DNA of 64,000 nucleotides from contig LCAH01000002.1 in the NCBI GenBank assembly GCA_000996355.1, positions 29,703-93,702 on the forward strand. The letters run 5' to 3'. Within the stretch, counting starts at the first letter, position 1. Each line of letters opens with the position of its first letter. A program made the translations under genes and the position numbers. Below are positions 30,686 to 39,823 of this stretch, one piece after another. Origin of the DNA: Candidatus Uhrbacteria bacterium GW2011_GWC2_41_11 (GTDB lineage Bacteria; Patescibacteriota; Patescibacteriia; UBA9934; GWF2-40-263). The notes below the pieces were generated by a model. It saw only the letters and a program-made list of their open reading frames with translations, did no database searches and had not been told where the DNA came from.

Positions 30686-31915
30686 ATGGATTTTTCTCAT
30701 CGAGACACATCTTCTTTTGCAGAATCTGTACACAAACAGTCGTCTTTTAAGATATTGGATTTTTCTGAATGGAAAAAACGAAATAAAGAAGCGTCAGGTA
30801 TTGAAAAAAATTGCGTGCTTTCTTTTCCTGAATTACTTGCTCGTGAACACGTTCAAGAATCTTCTTGTGAACAGGTTTTTTCAAAACGTATTCAGGAATG
30901 GATTGAACACGTCAAAGAAAAAGGGGTTAATCCACGAGATCTTGAGACGGTCGAACTTCTTTTTCAATTGTCTCAGAATGCGAAAAATATGGGTGACCTA
31001 TTTCGTCGCATATACAAGGTTCAACCATTTGAATCTTTTGAGGCATTTTGTTCTGTTTTTTGTTCAGGATTAACCGATAAACAGCGTGAATGTGTACGAA
31101 AACAAATTGATTGGTTTTTAGAACGTGTGATTCAGCCACAACGAATCATAAAAGGCGATCCAGAATCTGAAGATCCATACCGTTTCAGACTTTCTACCTA
31201 TTTTCCAGAAGGGGTGTGGATGCTTCTTCCACGACAAGAATTCTATGATTCTTATGATACGTATGTGGAACAAGGTGTTCTTGAAGAAGCATCTGAACTT
31301 CTCAAAAATGGATACACATCTCCTGATTACACACATGCAACCGGTTCGATTGCTTTATCAGATCTTGCAAAACAAAAAGCAATTTTGAGTGCAGGAGAAC
31401 TTCAAAGACAAAATCACACGATAAAGACAGGAGAACAGTATTCGATGCTTAAAACAGCAGATGGGTTGGAGTCGGTCTATGTTGATCCTGGTGGACCGCG
31501 TTATGGGTATCATGTCATGAATTGGTTTGATGAATATCCTGTTACATTTGGTATCAATGCGAAACAACAAGCAAAGTTTCTTCAATCGATCGGATTTCAT
31601 TATCCAAATGGGAGTTTTTTCCTTGATCTCCATACAGATGGGGAACAAATCATTGGACCAAAAGTCCCATTTTCTTCCATAGAAACGATTTATGTTTGGA
31701 AAAAATATGAATCGCAAATACGTGATTGGATAAAGCAATATATCCCAGAAGTGCGACTGATCTCATTGGAGGCCGAACATCTTTTGAGTGAACTTGAGTC
31801 AAAAAGCGGATATCGAAGTCTTATTGAATCTTTTGCAGAAAAACAAGGTCTGTCTTTTGAAGAGGGAGCCGTTCTCTTTTTAAAAGAAATTATTCAAGCA
31901 AATCAATCATCTTAA
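30686..31915 (+). CDS. Hypothetical protein with putative C-terminal ADP-ribosyltransferase (DarT-like) fold
   Basis: YTHAT...AILSAGEL, SVYV, GEQIIGPKVPFSSIETIYV; the ORF is solid but the fold call is inferred. Confidence 0.55.
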   Translation: MDFSHRDTSSFAESVHKQSSFKILDFSEWKKRNKEASGIEKNCVLSFPELLAREHVQESSCEQVFSKRIQEWIEHVKEKGVNPRDLETVELLFQLSQNAKNMGDLFRRIYKVQPFESFEAFCSVFCSGLTDKQRECVRKQIDWFLERVIQPQRIIKGDPESEDPYRFRLSTYFPEGVWMLLPRQEFYDSYDTYVEQGVLEEASELLKNGYTSPDYTHATGSIALSDLAKQKAILSAGELQRQNHTIKTGEQYSMLKTADGLESVYVDPGGPRYGYHVMNWFDEYPVTFGINAKQQAKFLQSIGFHYPNGSFFLDLHTDGEQIIGPKVPFSSIETIYVWKKYESQIRDWIKQYIPEVRLISLEAEHLLSELESKSGYRSLIESFAEKQGLSFEEGAVLFLKEIIQANQSS

Positions 31916-31930
31916 TTTTTCTTTCTTTCT

Positions 31931-33721
31931 ATGTCTCAACCTGATTTCCTTTATGCGATGCGACATTCGACAGCCCATTTGCTTGCAGCGGCTGTTACAG
32001 AACTTTATCCAGAAGTAAAACTCGGTGTTGGTCCAGTTGTTGAGAATGGATTTTTTTATGATCTCGTTACTTCTCAACCATTGACCGAAAATGATTTGTC
32101 TACCATCGAAGCAAAAATGCGTGAAATTCAAAAGCGAGATGATGTTTTCCGTCGTGAAGAAATGTCTTTAGAAGATGCGACCGTTTTTTTTGAAAAACAA
32201 CATCAACCATTTAAGGTTGAGTTGTTACGTGATTTAAAAGAACGCGGCACAACAAAAATTCGTCCGGAGGAAATGCAAGATCTCGGGGAAAAATCCGATA
32301 CGGCTTCCGTCTATTACACAGGAAATTTTGTGGATCTGTGTCGTGGCCCACATATTGAACACACATCTCAAATTGGAGCGTTTAAACTGACAAAATTGGC
32401 AGGTGCCTATTGGCGCGGAGATGAAAAGAATCCACAACTTCAACGCATTTATGGTCTTACATTTGAGACACAAGAAGCATTGGATGCACATCTTCTCATG
32501 CTGGAAGAAGCAAAAAAGCGAGATCATAAAAAATTAGGACCCGAACTTGATTTGTTTACTTTTTCAGAATTAGTTGGTTCCGGGCTTCCGCTTTGGACCC
32601 CACGGGGAACCGTGGTTCGTAATCTGTTAGATCAATTTGTTTGGAAAATGCGTGAAGCTTGCGGGTATGTTCGTGTGGAAATTCCACATATTACAAAAAA
32701 AGATTTGTATGAACGTAGTGGACATTGGGAAAAATTCAAAGATGAACTGTTCAAGATTGAAACACGTGAAGGTCATGTTTTTGCCATGAAACCCATGAAT
32801 TGTCCGCACCACACACAAATTTATGCTCGCAAACCATGGAGTTATCGCGATCTCCCACAACGATATGCGAACTCGACCATGTGTTATCGAGATGAACAGT
32901 CTGGAGAGCTTGCCGGGCTTTCGCGTGTGCGTGCCTTTACGCAAGATGATGCCCATGTTTTCTGTCGTCTTTCGCAAGCCAAAGAGGAATTTTTGAAAAT
33001 TTGGGATATTGTCCATACATTTTATGGCATGTTTGGGTTCAGTTTGCGTGTACGTATTTCCCGACATGATCCTTCTCAGCCTGAAAAATATCTTGGAGAT
33101 GCAGATCGATGGGCATTTGCGGAAAACATGTTGTCTGAAATTGCAAAAGAAAAACACGCTGATTCATTTGACGGTCTTGGAGAAGCCGCGTTTTATGGAC
33201 CAAAATTGGATTTCATGGCCAAGGATGCGATTGGTCGCGAATGGCAAGTGGCAACCATTCAGCTTGATATGAACATGCCGGAGCGATTTGATCTCACTTG
33301 CATCAATGAAAAAGGAGAAAAAGAACGCATTGTCATGATCCATGCAGCCATTATGGGATCAATTGAACGGTTTCTTTCTATTTTGATTGAGCATTTGGCT
33401 GGACAATTTCCGCTTTGGCTTGCTCCGGTTCAGGTTCGATTTATAACTGTGAGTCAAGAAACAATTCCATTTGCAAAGACTTTTCTTGAAACCTGTACTT
33501 CTATTGGAATTCGTGCGGAACTGGATGATTCAGATGAAAAGGTTGGAAAAAAGATTCGTGACGCAGCTATGATGAAAATACCATGGACAGTAGTGGTCGG
33601 AGCAAAAGAGGCGGAAGGAAATCCATTTCATGTTCGAGTTTTTGGTCAAGAGGAAGAACTTATTCTGTCAAAAGAAGAATTATTTGACCGGTTACAAAAA
33701 GAAGGAAAGATGTCTGTCTGA
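31931..33721 (+). CDS. thrS: Threonyl-tRNA synthetase (no N-terminal TGS domain)
   Basis: RHSTAH, DLCRGPH, KPMNCP, AAFYGPKLD, GSIERF. Confidence 0.96.
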   Translation: MSQPDFLYAMRHSTAHLLAAAVTELYPEVKLGVGPVVENGFFYDLVTSQPLTENDLSTIEAKMREIQKRDDVFRREEMSLEDATVFFEKQHQPFKVELLRDLKERGTTKIRPEEMQDLGEKSDTASVYYTGNFVDLCRGPHIEHTSQIGAFKLTKLAGAYWRGDEKNPQLQRIYGLTFETQEALDAHLLMLEEAKKRDHKKLGPELDLFTFSELVGSGLPLWTPRGTVVRNLLDQFVWKMREACGYVRVEIPHITKKDLYERSGHWEKFKDELFKIETREGHVFAMKPMNCPHHTQIYARKPWSYRDLPQRYANSTMCYRDEQSGELAGLSRVRAFTQDDAHVFCRLSQAKEEFLKIWDIVHTFYGMFGFSLRVRISRHDPSQPEKYLGDADRWAFAENMLSEIAKEKHADSFDGLGEAAFYGPKLDFMAKDAIGREWQVATIQLDMNMPERFDLTCINEKGEKERIVMIHAAIMGSIERFLSILIEHLAGQFPLWLAPVQVRFITVSQETIPFAKTFLETCTSIGIRAELDDSDEKVGKKIRDAAMMKIPWTVVVGAKEAEGNPFHVRVFGQEEELILSKEELFDRLQKEGKMSV

Positions 33722-33731
33722 TGATAAAGAA

Positions 33732-33787
33732 AAAATACTGTCTTGAGGGGCAGTATTTTGTTTTAAAAAACGACCCGAAGGTCGTTG
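33732..33787. terminator. Back-to-back terminators for thrS and the convergent ORF
   Basis: AAAATACTGTC/GGCAGTATTTT and AACGACC-CGAA-GGTCGTT hairpins. Confidence 0.7.
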
Positions 33788-33794
33788 AAAATTT

Positions 33795-34496
33795 TCAGTA
33801 TCGAGAGAATATTACCGGCATGACGCCAGTGTCGGCTTCGAAATGGTCTGGATACGGTTTGTCGGGTACCCACCTGTTCCACCCGAAGCGTTCTATGTTC
33901 AGGATGATAGAATCATCCTGATGTTTTTCAAATCTCACTTTTGCCCCATCGTTGGTCGAGACGGCCTGAGACAAGGGGAAGAGAGATTCATCTTTTGTCG
34001 TTTTGATAAGAAACGCCATGAGCACGACGAGTTGAGTCGACGGATTGTCATGTACGTATGCATATATCCGATCGGATTCAACAAGGCGTTTTATCTCTAC
34101 CGACCCTATTTTTTCGTTGACGTGGGGCCAATATTTTCCAACGGATTCCGGGAGAATCCGTTTTGAAAACAGGAACCATGTCGGAGATCTGTCTGATCGA
34201 GTAACATCAGGCCACATGAACATGTGGAAGATACGTCCCAACCTTTGATGGGACATATTCCATATGTCATTGATATGAAAACCTGGATTCGCGACCAGGT
34301 AATAGTTTCCGACCGCTTTTTGAAGCATTTCGGTCGGGAATGGAACAACATCAAGTTCTTTCTTGATTTTATCTGGAATTGGACCGAGAAGGTCTTCCAG
34401 TTCCGGAATCCCGAAGAAGTCTGGTCCCATAATATCTCTTGCCTTTTGATGCCTGAGGGACTCTTCCAAATAGTTTTTTTGACTTTTCTGTGCCAT
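33795..34496 (-). CDS. Hypothetical protein
   Basis: 233-aa ORF with SD AAGGAG; ARDIMGPDFFG...VPF...YYLVA N-terminus resembles a recurrent CPR hypothetical family (from memory, unverified). Confidence 0.75.
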   Translation of the reverse strand: MAQKSQKNYLEESLRHQKARDIMGPDFFGIPELEDLLGPIPDKIKKELDVVPFPTEMLQKAVGNYYLVANPGFHINDIWNMSHQRLGRIFHMFMWPDVTRSDRSPTWFLFSKRILPESVGKYWPHVNEKIGSVEIKRLVESDRIYAYVHDNPSTQLVVLMAFLIKTTKDESLFPLSQAVSTNDGAKVRFEKHQDDSIILNIERFGWNRWVPDKPYPDHFEADTGVMPVIFSRY

Positions 34497-34539
34497 TTTT
34501 TCTCCTTTTTTTCATCGTGTTTGGAAAGAACGACCTGGA

Positions 34540-34568
34540 AAGATATCAAAAAAAAGGAAAAATGTCAA
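34540..34568 (-). promoter_or_regulatory. Sigma70-type promoter
   Basis: TTGACA-17-(TG)TATCTT. Confidence 0.6.
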
Positions 34569-34580
34569 TGGTCTGGAAAT

Positions 34581-34603
34581 AAAAAGACGGCTCAATGGCC
34601 GTC
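34581..34603 (-). terminator. Intrinsic terminator
   Basis: GACGGC/GCCGTC stem with U-tract on -. Confidence 0.65.
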
Positions 34604-34609
34604 GTATGT

Positions 34610-36088
34610 TTATGGTTGTTCCATGACAAGATCTGCAAAAAGGAGCTTGGCTTCTTGTTCCTCTTTTTTTTCAAGATAGCGTTCACTGAGATAGGAGGCG
34701 AGATAATAATCTCTTTCTTCCATTGCTTTTTTGTAAAGTGGGCGATACCAATGAAAAACAGTGAATTTTCTTGCCGTTGCTTCATTAAGCCATACAAAAC
34801 ACATTCGACTGTTCTTTTTTGGATCAGAGATGATTCCATTCATAAACACGTCGAAAGTTTTTTGATTTTCTGGGTTTCCAAAGATTCTCTGGCGTTCCGA
34901 CTCGAGATCTTCATGGAAATCACCGTTTGGACCAAAGAGATGCATACTCGAATATTCTCCAAAAATCACTTCCTCAAAAACACCAGTACCAACAATTCCT
35001 TCTTTCATAAAAATGGAAGAGATGTGACCCCATCTTGTCTTCTGAATTTCCTTTGGTCCGAAATAGTCATGCGCCATTTGTAATGCCAAAGACCATTCCG
35101 ATTTCTTGAGAGCTTTTTTATACAAAGTTTGATAAAGATCGTCTACACGAATCCCGTAACTATTCGCCTCCTGAAGCATCAGATACTGGTCAGCAAGTGA
35201 AAGGGACTTTTTTGGTTGTTCATTTGCTGGCCGTCGAGGGTTGTACTCGATATATCGGAGAACATAATCGCGAACGATTGAATCTCCAAGCTTATAGTCT
35301 CTTGCGAACAGAGCCGCACCAATGTGTTGTGAGACGGGTTTTATTGTAACAATGGGATCAGAAGTACCATGAGTCCCATAAAAGTCTTTAAAATAGATGT
35401 CCTGCTCAGCAAGGAAAATTTCCTCGGCAAACTTTTTAAGGTCGATTCCTTGTTTTTCAAGAGGAAATTGTTTTTTGAAACAATTGATTTCCTCAGACAC
35501 TCCATAATATTGAGTATGAATTTCAGCCGCATACAAGACAAGATATCCTTCTTTCACAAGTGCATGTACGATTTCATTCCGTTGTTTTGCATCTGGAATC
35601 GTTTGTGCTTCTTGAATGGAAAAAATCCAGTTAAATCCATTCCCGAGCATTTCATCCATGATTCGACAGACAGTCAATTTGTTGCGGTTATCCTGGGTGT
35701 TGAATTCCGGAATGAGATTGCTGTATCTCCACCAGTGTCCGTCTTTTTTCCAAACCATGAATCGTCGCACAAACTTTTCCTGATTCCAATAGAAAGATTT
35801 CGGTCGAATTTGAAATTGACAATCTTTCGTCTCTTCTTCAAATATTCGGGTCATGACCAGAAGATGTTCCTCTGGTGTGAATACGTCTGCATGGTGAGAA
35901 ACATATTCCAACAATAGATCGAGGTCTTTCAGTTCCTTCCATGCACCAGACGTATGGCCAGCCAGCGTTTGTTCAAACGGATATCTGGTCATCTCTTTCT
36001 TGACGTGACTGCCAGCCAGCCAAAGCCCGATTCCAATCGCGCACAAAGAGATGATTTGAAAAAAGATTCGTTTTTTTCCAGAAATCAT
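34610..36088 (-). CDS. Membrane-anchored alpha-helical hypothetical protein
   Basis: N-terminal TM, SD AGGAG, TTGACA promoter at 36158-36131. Confidence 0.75.
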   Translation of the reverse strand: MISGKKRIFFQIISLCAIGIGLWLAGSHVKKEMTRYPFEQTLAGHTSGAWKELKDLDLLLEYVSHHADVFTPEEHLLVMTRIFEEETKDCQFQIRPKSFYWNQEKFVRRFMVWKKDGHWWRYSNLIPEFNTQDNRNKLTVCRIMDEMLGNGFNWIFSIQEAQTIPDAKQRNEIVHALVKEGYLVLYAAEIHTQYYGVSEEINCFKKQFPLEKQGIDLKKFAEEIFLAEQDIYFKDFYGTHGTSDPIVTIKPVSQHIGAALFARDYKLGDSIVRDYVLRYIEYNPRRPANEQPKKSLSLADQYLMLQEANSYGIRVDDLYQTLYKKALKKSEWSLALQMAHDYFGPKEIQKTRWGHISSIFMKEGIVGTGVFEEVIFGEYSSMHLFGPNGDFHEDLESERQRIFGNPENQKTFDVFMNGIISDPKKNSRMCFVWLNEATARKFTVFHWYRPLYKKAMEERDYYLASYLSERYLEKKEEQEAKLLFADLVMEQP

Positions 36089-36174
36089 GCTGTTTTCTCC
36101 TGATTGAGTTTTTAAAAGAACTGTTTATCTTTTTTAGCATATTTTTTTGATTTGTCAATAGAAAAAGAATTTTT

Positions 36175-36834
36175 TTAAAGAAATTTGAACGAATGAATAA
36201 GTGTCTGAAATGCTTCTTCCTCGCGACCAAGATGTTCTTTGACAAAATTCAAATTGAAAATCACAATACCGCCGAATGCATGATTCGGATGAAAGATCGC
36301 ATACACATCAATATTTTCAAGCGGCTCGCCCCAAATTTCTGTCTTGGCTGTGTAAGCATGGGCTACATGCAGACCAGAAGATGTCGTCACCATTTCGCAA
36401 TCCAGTTGCTCTTCACACCAGATCTCAATTTGTTCTTGACTGTGGAAATGATCTGAAAGATCACTGAGAAACCCACCGCGTCCCAAAGGAGTACCTTTAT
36501 CATGTGCAGACAGAAAAAAGAGAGATTGATGTCCATTATCTACCAATAGATTACGATGAATCACACCATCATAAAGAAGATTTCCCTTTTTATCTTTTTT
36601 TTCTTCTTGAGTATAAAATCCTTGTTCTTCTTTTACCATTATCTGTTTCCATGATGCCGGATAGTCAAAAGAGATGCCAAGCACAGGATCTGTATAGGAA
36701 AGAAGAGAGGAAGAAGATTTTTCTTGTTTTTCAAATGGTTGTTTATCTGCAGAAGATGTTTGTGTGCAACCATTACCAACTAGAGAAAAAGAGAGAAGGA
36801 GAAAGAAGATGGATTGTAAAAAGAAAAAAGACAT
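36175..36834 (-). CDS. Putative lipoprotein (PsbP-like)
   Basis: LVGNGC lipobox-like site; YTDPVLGISFDYPASW motif; ends F..LIHSFKF. Confidence 0.7.
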   Translation of the reverse strand: MSFFFLQSIFFLLLSFSLVGNGCTQTSSADKQPFEKQEKSSSSLLSYTDPVLGISFDYPASWKQIMVKEEQGFYTQEEKKDKKGNLLYDGVIHRNLLVDNGHQSLFFLSAHDKGTPLGRGGFLSDLSDHFHSQEQIEIWCEEQLDCEMVTTSSGLHVAHAYTAKTEIWGEPLENIDVYAIFHPNHAFGGIVIFNLNFVKEHLGREEEAFQTLIHSFKFL

Positions 36835-36897
36835 AAAAAAAGGAAGTTTTTATTCCCTTATTGAACGAGAAAAAGATCATTCTATTACGAACACTCT

Positions 36898-37983
36898 ATG
36901 TCTACTTCCACTCAGTTGTTCGATTATTTTTTGCCATCAGAACACATTGCACAACAATCCGTGGAACCAAGAGATCATTCACGGCTTCTTGTTTTGGATC
37001 GTCTTACAGGAGAGATGCATCATCATCATTTTTTTGAGATTGAAAAAGAATTACGTGCCGGAGATCTTCTTGTCTTGAATGATACCAAAGTGTTCAAAGC
37101 ACGATTACATGGTTGGATTGGACAGCGAAAAGTGGAAGTTTTTCTCCTTCGTCCACAAGAAGAAAATTTTTGGCACGTTCTGCTCAAGCCGGGACGAAAA
37201 GTTCATGTAGGGGATCAAATTGATTTTGATGGGTTGTCAGGGAGAATTTTAACAAAAAAACAGGATGGAACTGCACAAATAAAAATAAATGGTTCTGTTT
37301 CCGATGTTTTTCATTTTGCAGATCTTCATGGAGAAGTTCCGATCCCTCCCTATGTTGGTCATATGCCGGATTCGTCTGAGGCATATCAGACGACTTATGC
37401 ACGTAGCGTTGGATCTGTGGCAGCCCCGACTGCAGGTTTCCATTTTACCGAACGTCTTATCGCAGATCTTAAGAAGAAAGGAATCGCATTTGCATTTGTG
37501 ACGCTTCATGTCGGGTTGGGAACGTTTCGGCCAATAAAGACAGAGACCATTGAACAGCATGAAATGCATGCGGAGTTTGTAGAAATTTCGTCAGAGACGG
37601 CACAATATGTGAATGAAGCAAAACAGCACGGACGTCGTGTGATTGCTGTTGGGACAACAACCGTACGTGCTCTTGAGGGAGCAGCTCTTGCATCATTTTC
37701 TTCTTTTGAAAAGGATGGAAAAAAAAGATATCTTCCAGAACAAGGATTCATTCAGGATGTCAATCTGTTTATTGCGCCAGGATTTACGTTTCGTATACTT
37801 GATGGACTCATCACGAATTTTCATTTGCCAAAATCGACTCTTTTGGTTCTTGTCTCTGCTTTTGCTGGTCGAGAACATACGCTGGCTTCCTATAAAGAAG
37901 CGATTCGGCTTGGATATCGGTTTTATTCGTTTGGAGACGCAATGATGATAAGATCTGGAAAAGAGACATATCAGGATATTTGA
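36898..37983 (+). CDS. queA: SAM:tRNA ribosyltransferase-isomerase
   Basis: FDYFLP..IAQ, GSVAAPTAG, TLHVGLGTFRP, TNFHLPKSTL, YRFYSFGDAM. Confidence 0.96.
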   Translation: MSTSTQLFDYFLPSEHIAQQSVEPRDHSRLLVLDRLTGEMHHHHFFEIEKELRAGDLLVLNDTKVFKARLHGWIGQRKVEVFLLRPQEENFWHVLLKPGRKVHVGDQIDFDGLSGRILTKKQDGTAQIKINGSVSDVFHFADLHGEVPIPPYVGHMPDSSEAYQTTYARSVGSVAAPTAGFHFTERLIADLKKKGIAFAFVTLHVGLGTFRPIKTETIEQHEMHAEFVEISSETAQYVNEAKQHGRRVIAVGTTTVRALEGAALASFSSFEKDGKKRYLPEQGFIQDVNLFIAPGFTFRILDGLITNFHLPKSTLLVLVSAFAGREHTLASYKEAIRLGYRFYSFGDAMMIRSGKETYQDI

Positions 37984-38063
37984 ATAAACGTGTAATTGAA
38001 ATAATGTATTTTTGGGCAGTGAATGATGAATAAATCTTTGGGACTTGTTGAAATAATTTATGG

Positions 38064-38092
38064 TTGACTTTTTACAATTTTTTTATTAAGGT
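38064..38092 (+). promoter_or_regulatory. Sigma70-type promoter
   Basis: TTGACT-17-TAAGGT. Confidence 0.55.
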
Positions 38093-38137
38093 TTTGTCGT
38101 TCTTTAACCCCCCTTTCTTTATAAAGGAGATATATCA

Positions 38138-38893
38138 TTGTCTAAAATTTTTTTTGTTTTATTTCCGGGGGCATTTGGTAATCAAGAAGAGAAATATATT
38201 GATTTTTGGTTTCAACATGTTATTCAAAAAATTTCTCAATGGGCTGAAGTTTCAGAAAGAGAAATTCATATTGTAAAAATCTGTTACCAGGGTAAAACTC
38301 TTGAACATTGTGTTCGTGGAATATTGAAGCAGGTAGAAAATATCCCTGATGGGACAGCAATACCTATTTGTTACAGTATGGGTGGTCCTATAATGGAATG
38401 TGTGGCAATGAAGAGACCCAAATTATTTGTTCATCCCATAGGAATTGCTACAACAGGTCTTGGGATGACACTTGGGGGCATTTTTAAAACCCTTTTTACG
38501 ATTTGGAACATCTTTTTAGTGGGTCTGTTCACTCAGACACTCATTATGACTCCTCGGGCCATCGATCGTCTTTTTTTTGGTGGAAGGGGTAGCGAAGAAG
38601 AAAAAAAAGAAATAGTCAAACATATTCATCCACAGTCAATATGGATGATTTTTGAACTGATTGTTCTTCTTTTGTTCCGTACTTTCAATGGAAAGAAAGA
38701 ACATCCTTCTCTTTCTTTTTCTCTATTTTTTTCGGCTACTGTCTTGGTTCCGGCAAAGTGTCCTATTGCTTCACATACACGTTTTGGAACAAATGTGAGT
38801 ATTGTGCAGATTCCAAATACGTATCATGGTGTTATTTTACAAAAACATTTTATAAGCCCATTTCTTGAGAAGGTACTCAAGACCATCTTATGA
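38138..38893 (+). CDS. Divergent alpha/beta-hydrolase-fold protein
   Basis: FPGAFG oxyanion region, CYSMGG nucleophile elbow, C-terminal YHG; SD AAGGAG with TTG start. Confidence 0.6.
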   Translation: MSKIFFVLFPGAFGNQEEKYIDFWFQHVIQKISQWAEVSEREIHIVKICYQGKTLEHCVRGILKQVENIPDGTAIPICYSMGGPIMECVAMKRPKLFVHPIGIATTGLGMTLGGIFKTLFTIWNIFLVGLFTQTLIMTPRAIDRLFFGGRGSEEEKKEIVKHIHPQSIWMIFELIVLLLFRTFNGKKEHPSLSFSLFFSATVLVPAKCPIASHTRFGTNVSIVQIPNTYHGVILQKHFISPFLEKVLKTIL

Positions 38894-38918
38894 CTCAGAC
38901 TTTTTGTCTGAGTTTTTT
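38893..38918 (+). terminator. Intrinsic terminator
   Basis: ACTCAGAC/GTCTGAGT plus T-tract. Confidence 0.75.
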
Positions 38919-38926
38919 CGAATTCC

Positions 38927-38955
38927 TTGCCATTTTTCACTTGTTTCCTTATACT
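38927..38955 (+). promoter_or_regulatory. rpsB-tsf promoter
   Basis: TTGCCA-17-TATACT. Confidence 0.7.
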
Positions 38956-38972
38956 TCGAACACGTTCTAAAT

Positions 38973-39040
38973 CACACAGGCGGAAAAAAGAGCTCGGTTC
39001 CTCCCAAGATGTCTTGGGTTCCGAATACTCCCGCCGAGGA
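38973..39040 (+). ncRNA. rpsB leader (S2 autoregulatory, t44-like)
   Basis: CACAC...GGCGG/CCGCC-GAGG closing stem with inner CCCAAGA/TCTTGGG hairpin, in the rpsB 5' UTR. Confidence 0.7.
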
Positions 39041-39056
39041 TAAAAGGAATTTTATT

Positions 39057-39767
39057 ATGCCAACCATTCCAAAACTTGAGGACATGCTCAAGGCCGGCAT
39101 TCATTTTGGGCACCAGTCATCGCGCTGGCATCCACGTATGGAGCCATATATTTTTACCGAACGAGGTGGAATCCATATCATCAATTTGGAAAAAACTCAA
39201 GAGATGCTTTCAAAAGCTCTTGATATTTTAAAAGGGATTGCCTCACGCGGCGGAGTGATTATGTGTGTGGGAACGAAGCGTCAGGCTCAGGAGATTTTAA
39301 AAACAGAAATGGAAGCCTGTGGGATGCCATATGTGAATCAGCGCTGGCTTGGTGGAACACTGACAAATTTTGCAGAAATTCGTAAATTGATTCGTCGATA
39401 TAAAATGTTGAAAGATCAGCAAGCAAAGGGAGAATTGAAAAAATATACAAAGAAGGAACAGTTGATGTTCGCTCGTGAAATTGAAGAACTTGACAAGAAG
39501 GTGGGAGGAATTCAAACCATTGATCGATTGCCGGATGCGCTTTTTATCGTAGATATCAAAACAGAAAAAACAGCATTGGAAGAAGCAATAGTTACAGGTA
39601 TTCCTGTGATTGCACTGTGTGATACAAATGTAAATCCTGATGATGTTCAGTATCCCATTCCTGCCAATGATGATGCGGTGAAATCTATTCAAATGATGCT
39701 TCATCTTGTTTCCGAAGCTATTCAGGAAGGAAAGAATCAGAAACAAAAAGAAGAAGGGGCTGTCTAA
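39057..39767 (+). CDS. rpsB: 30S ribosomal protein S2
   Basis: AGIHFGH, RWLGGTLTN, DTN, PANDD; true start at 39057. Confidence 0.97.
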   Translation: MPTIPKLEDMLKAGIHFGHQSSRWHPRMEPYIFTERGGIHIINLEKTQEMLSKALDILKGIASRGGVIMCVGTKRQAQEILKTEMEACGMPYVNQRWLGGTLTNFAEIRKLIRRYKMLKDQQAKGELKKYTKKEQLMFAREIEELDKKVGGIQTIDRLPDALFIVDIKTEKTALEEAIVTGIPVIALCDTNVNPDDVQYPIPANDDAVKSIQMMLHLVSEAIQEGKNQKQKEEGAV

Positions 39768-39823
39768 CTTTTTTGAAAAATAGGCGGCAATTAAAACAGG
39801 AGGAAATCCATAAAAGATTTTTT

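Noticed and set aside
30460-30750. ORF with in-frame TGA giving a U-E-T-C motif (possible selenoprotein or recoding)
   Set aside because: The region is fully explained by the T-box structure, and TGA is used as a normal stop throughout the window
38958-38967. GAAC-AC-GTTC palindrome at the rpsB promoter as an SOS box
   Set aside because: The 2-nt spacer fits neither GAAC-N4-GTTC nor GTTC-N7-GTTC
38865-39056. N-terminal extension of rpsB in the ORF track
   Set aside because: It spans a terminator, promoter and the rpsB leader; the true start is 39057
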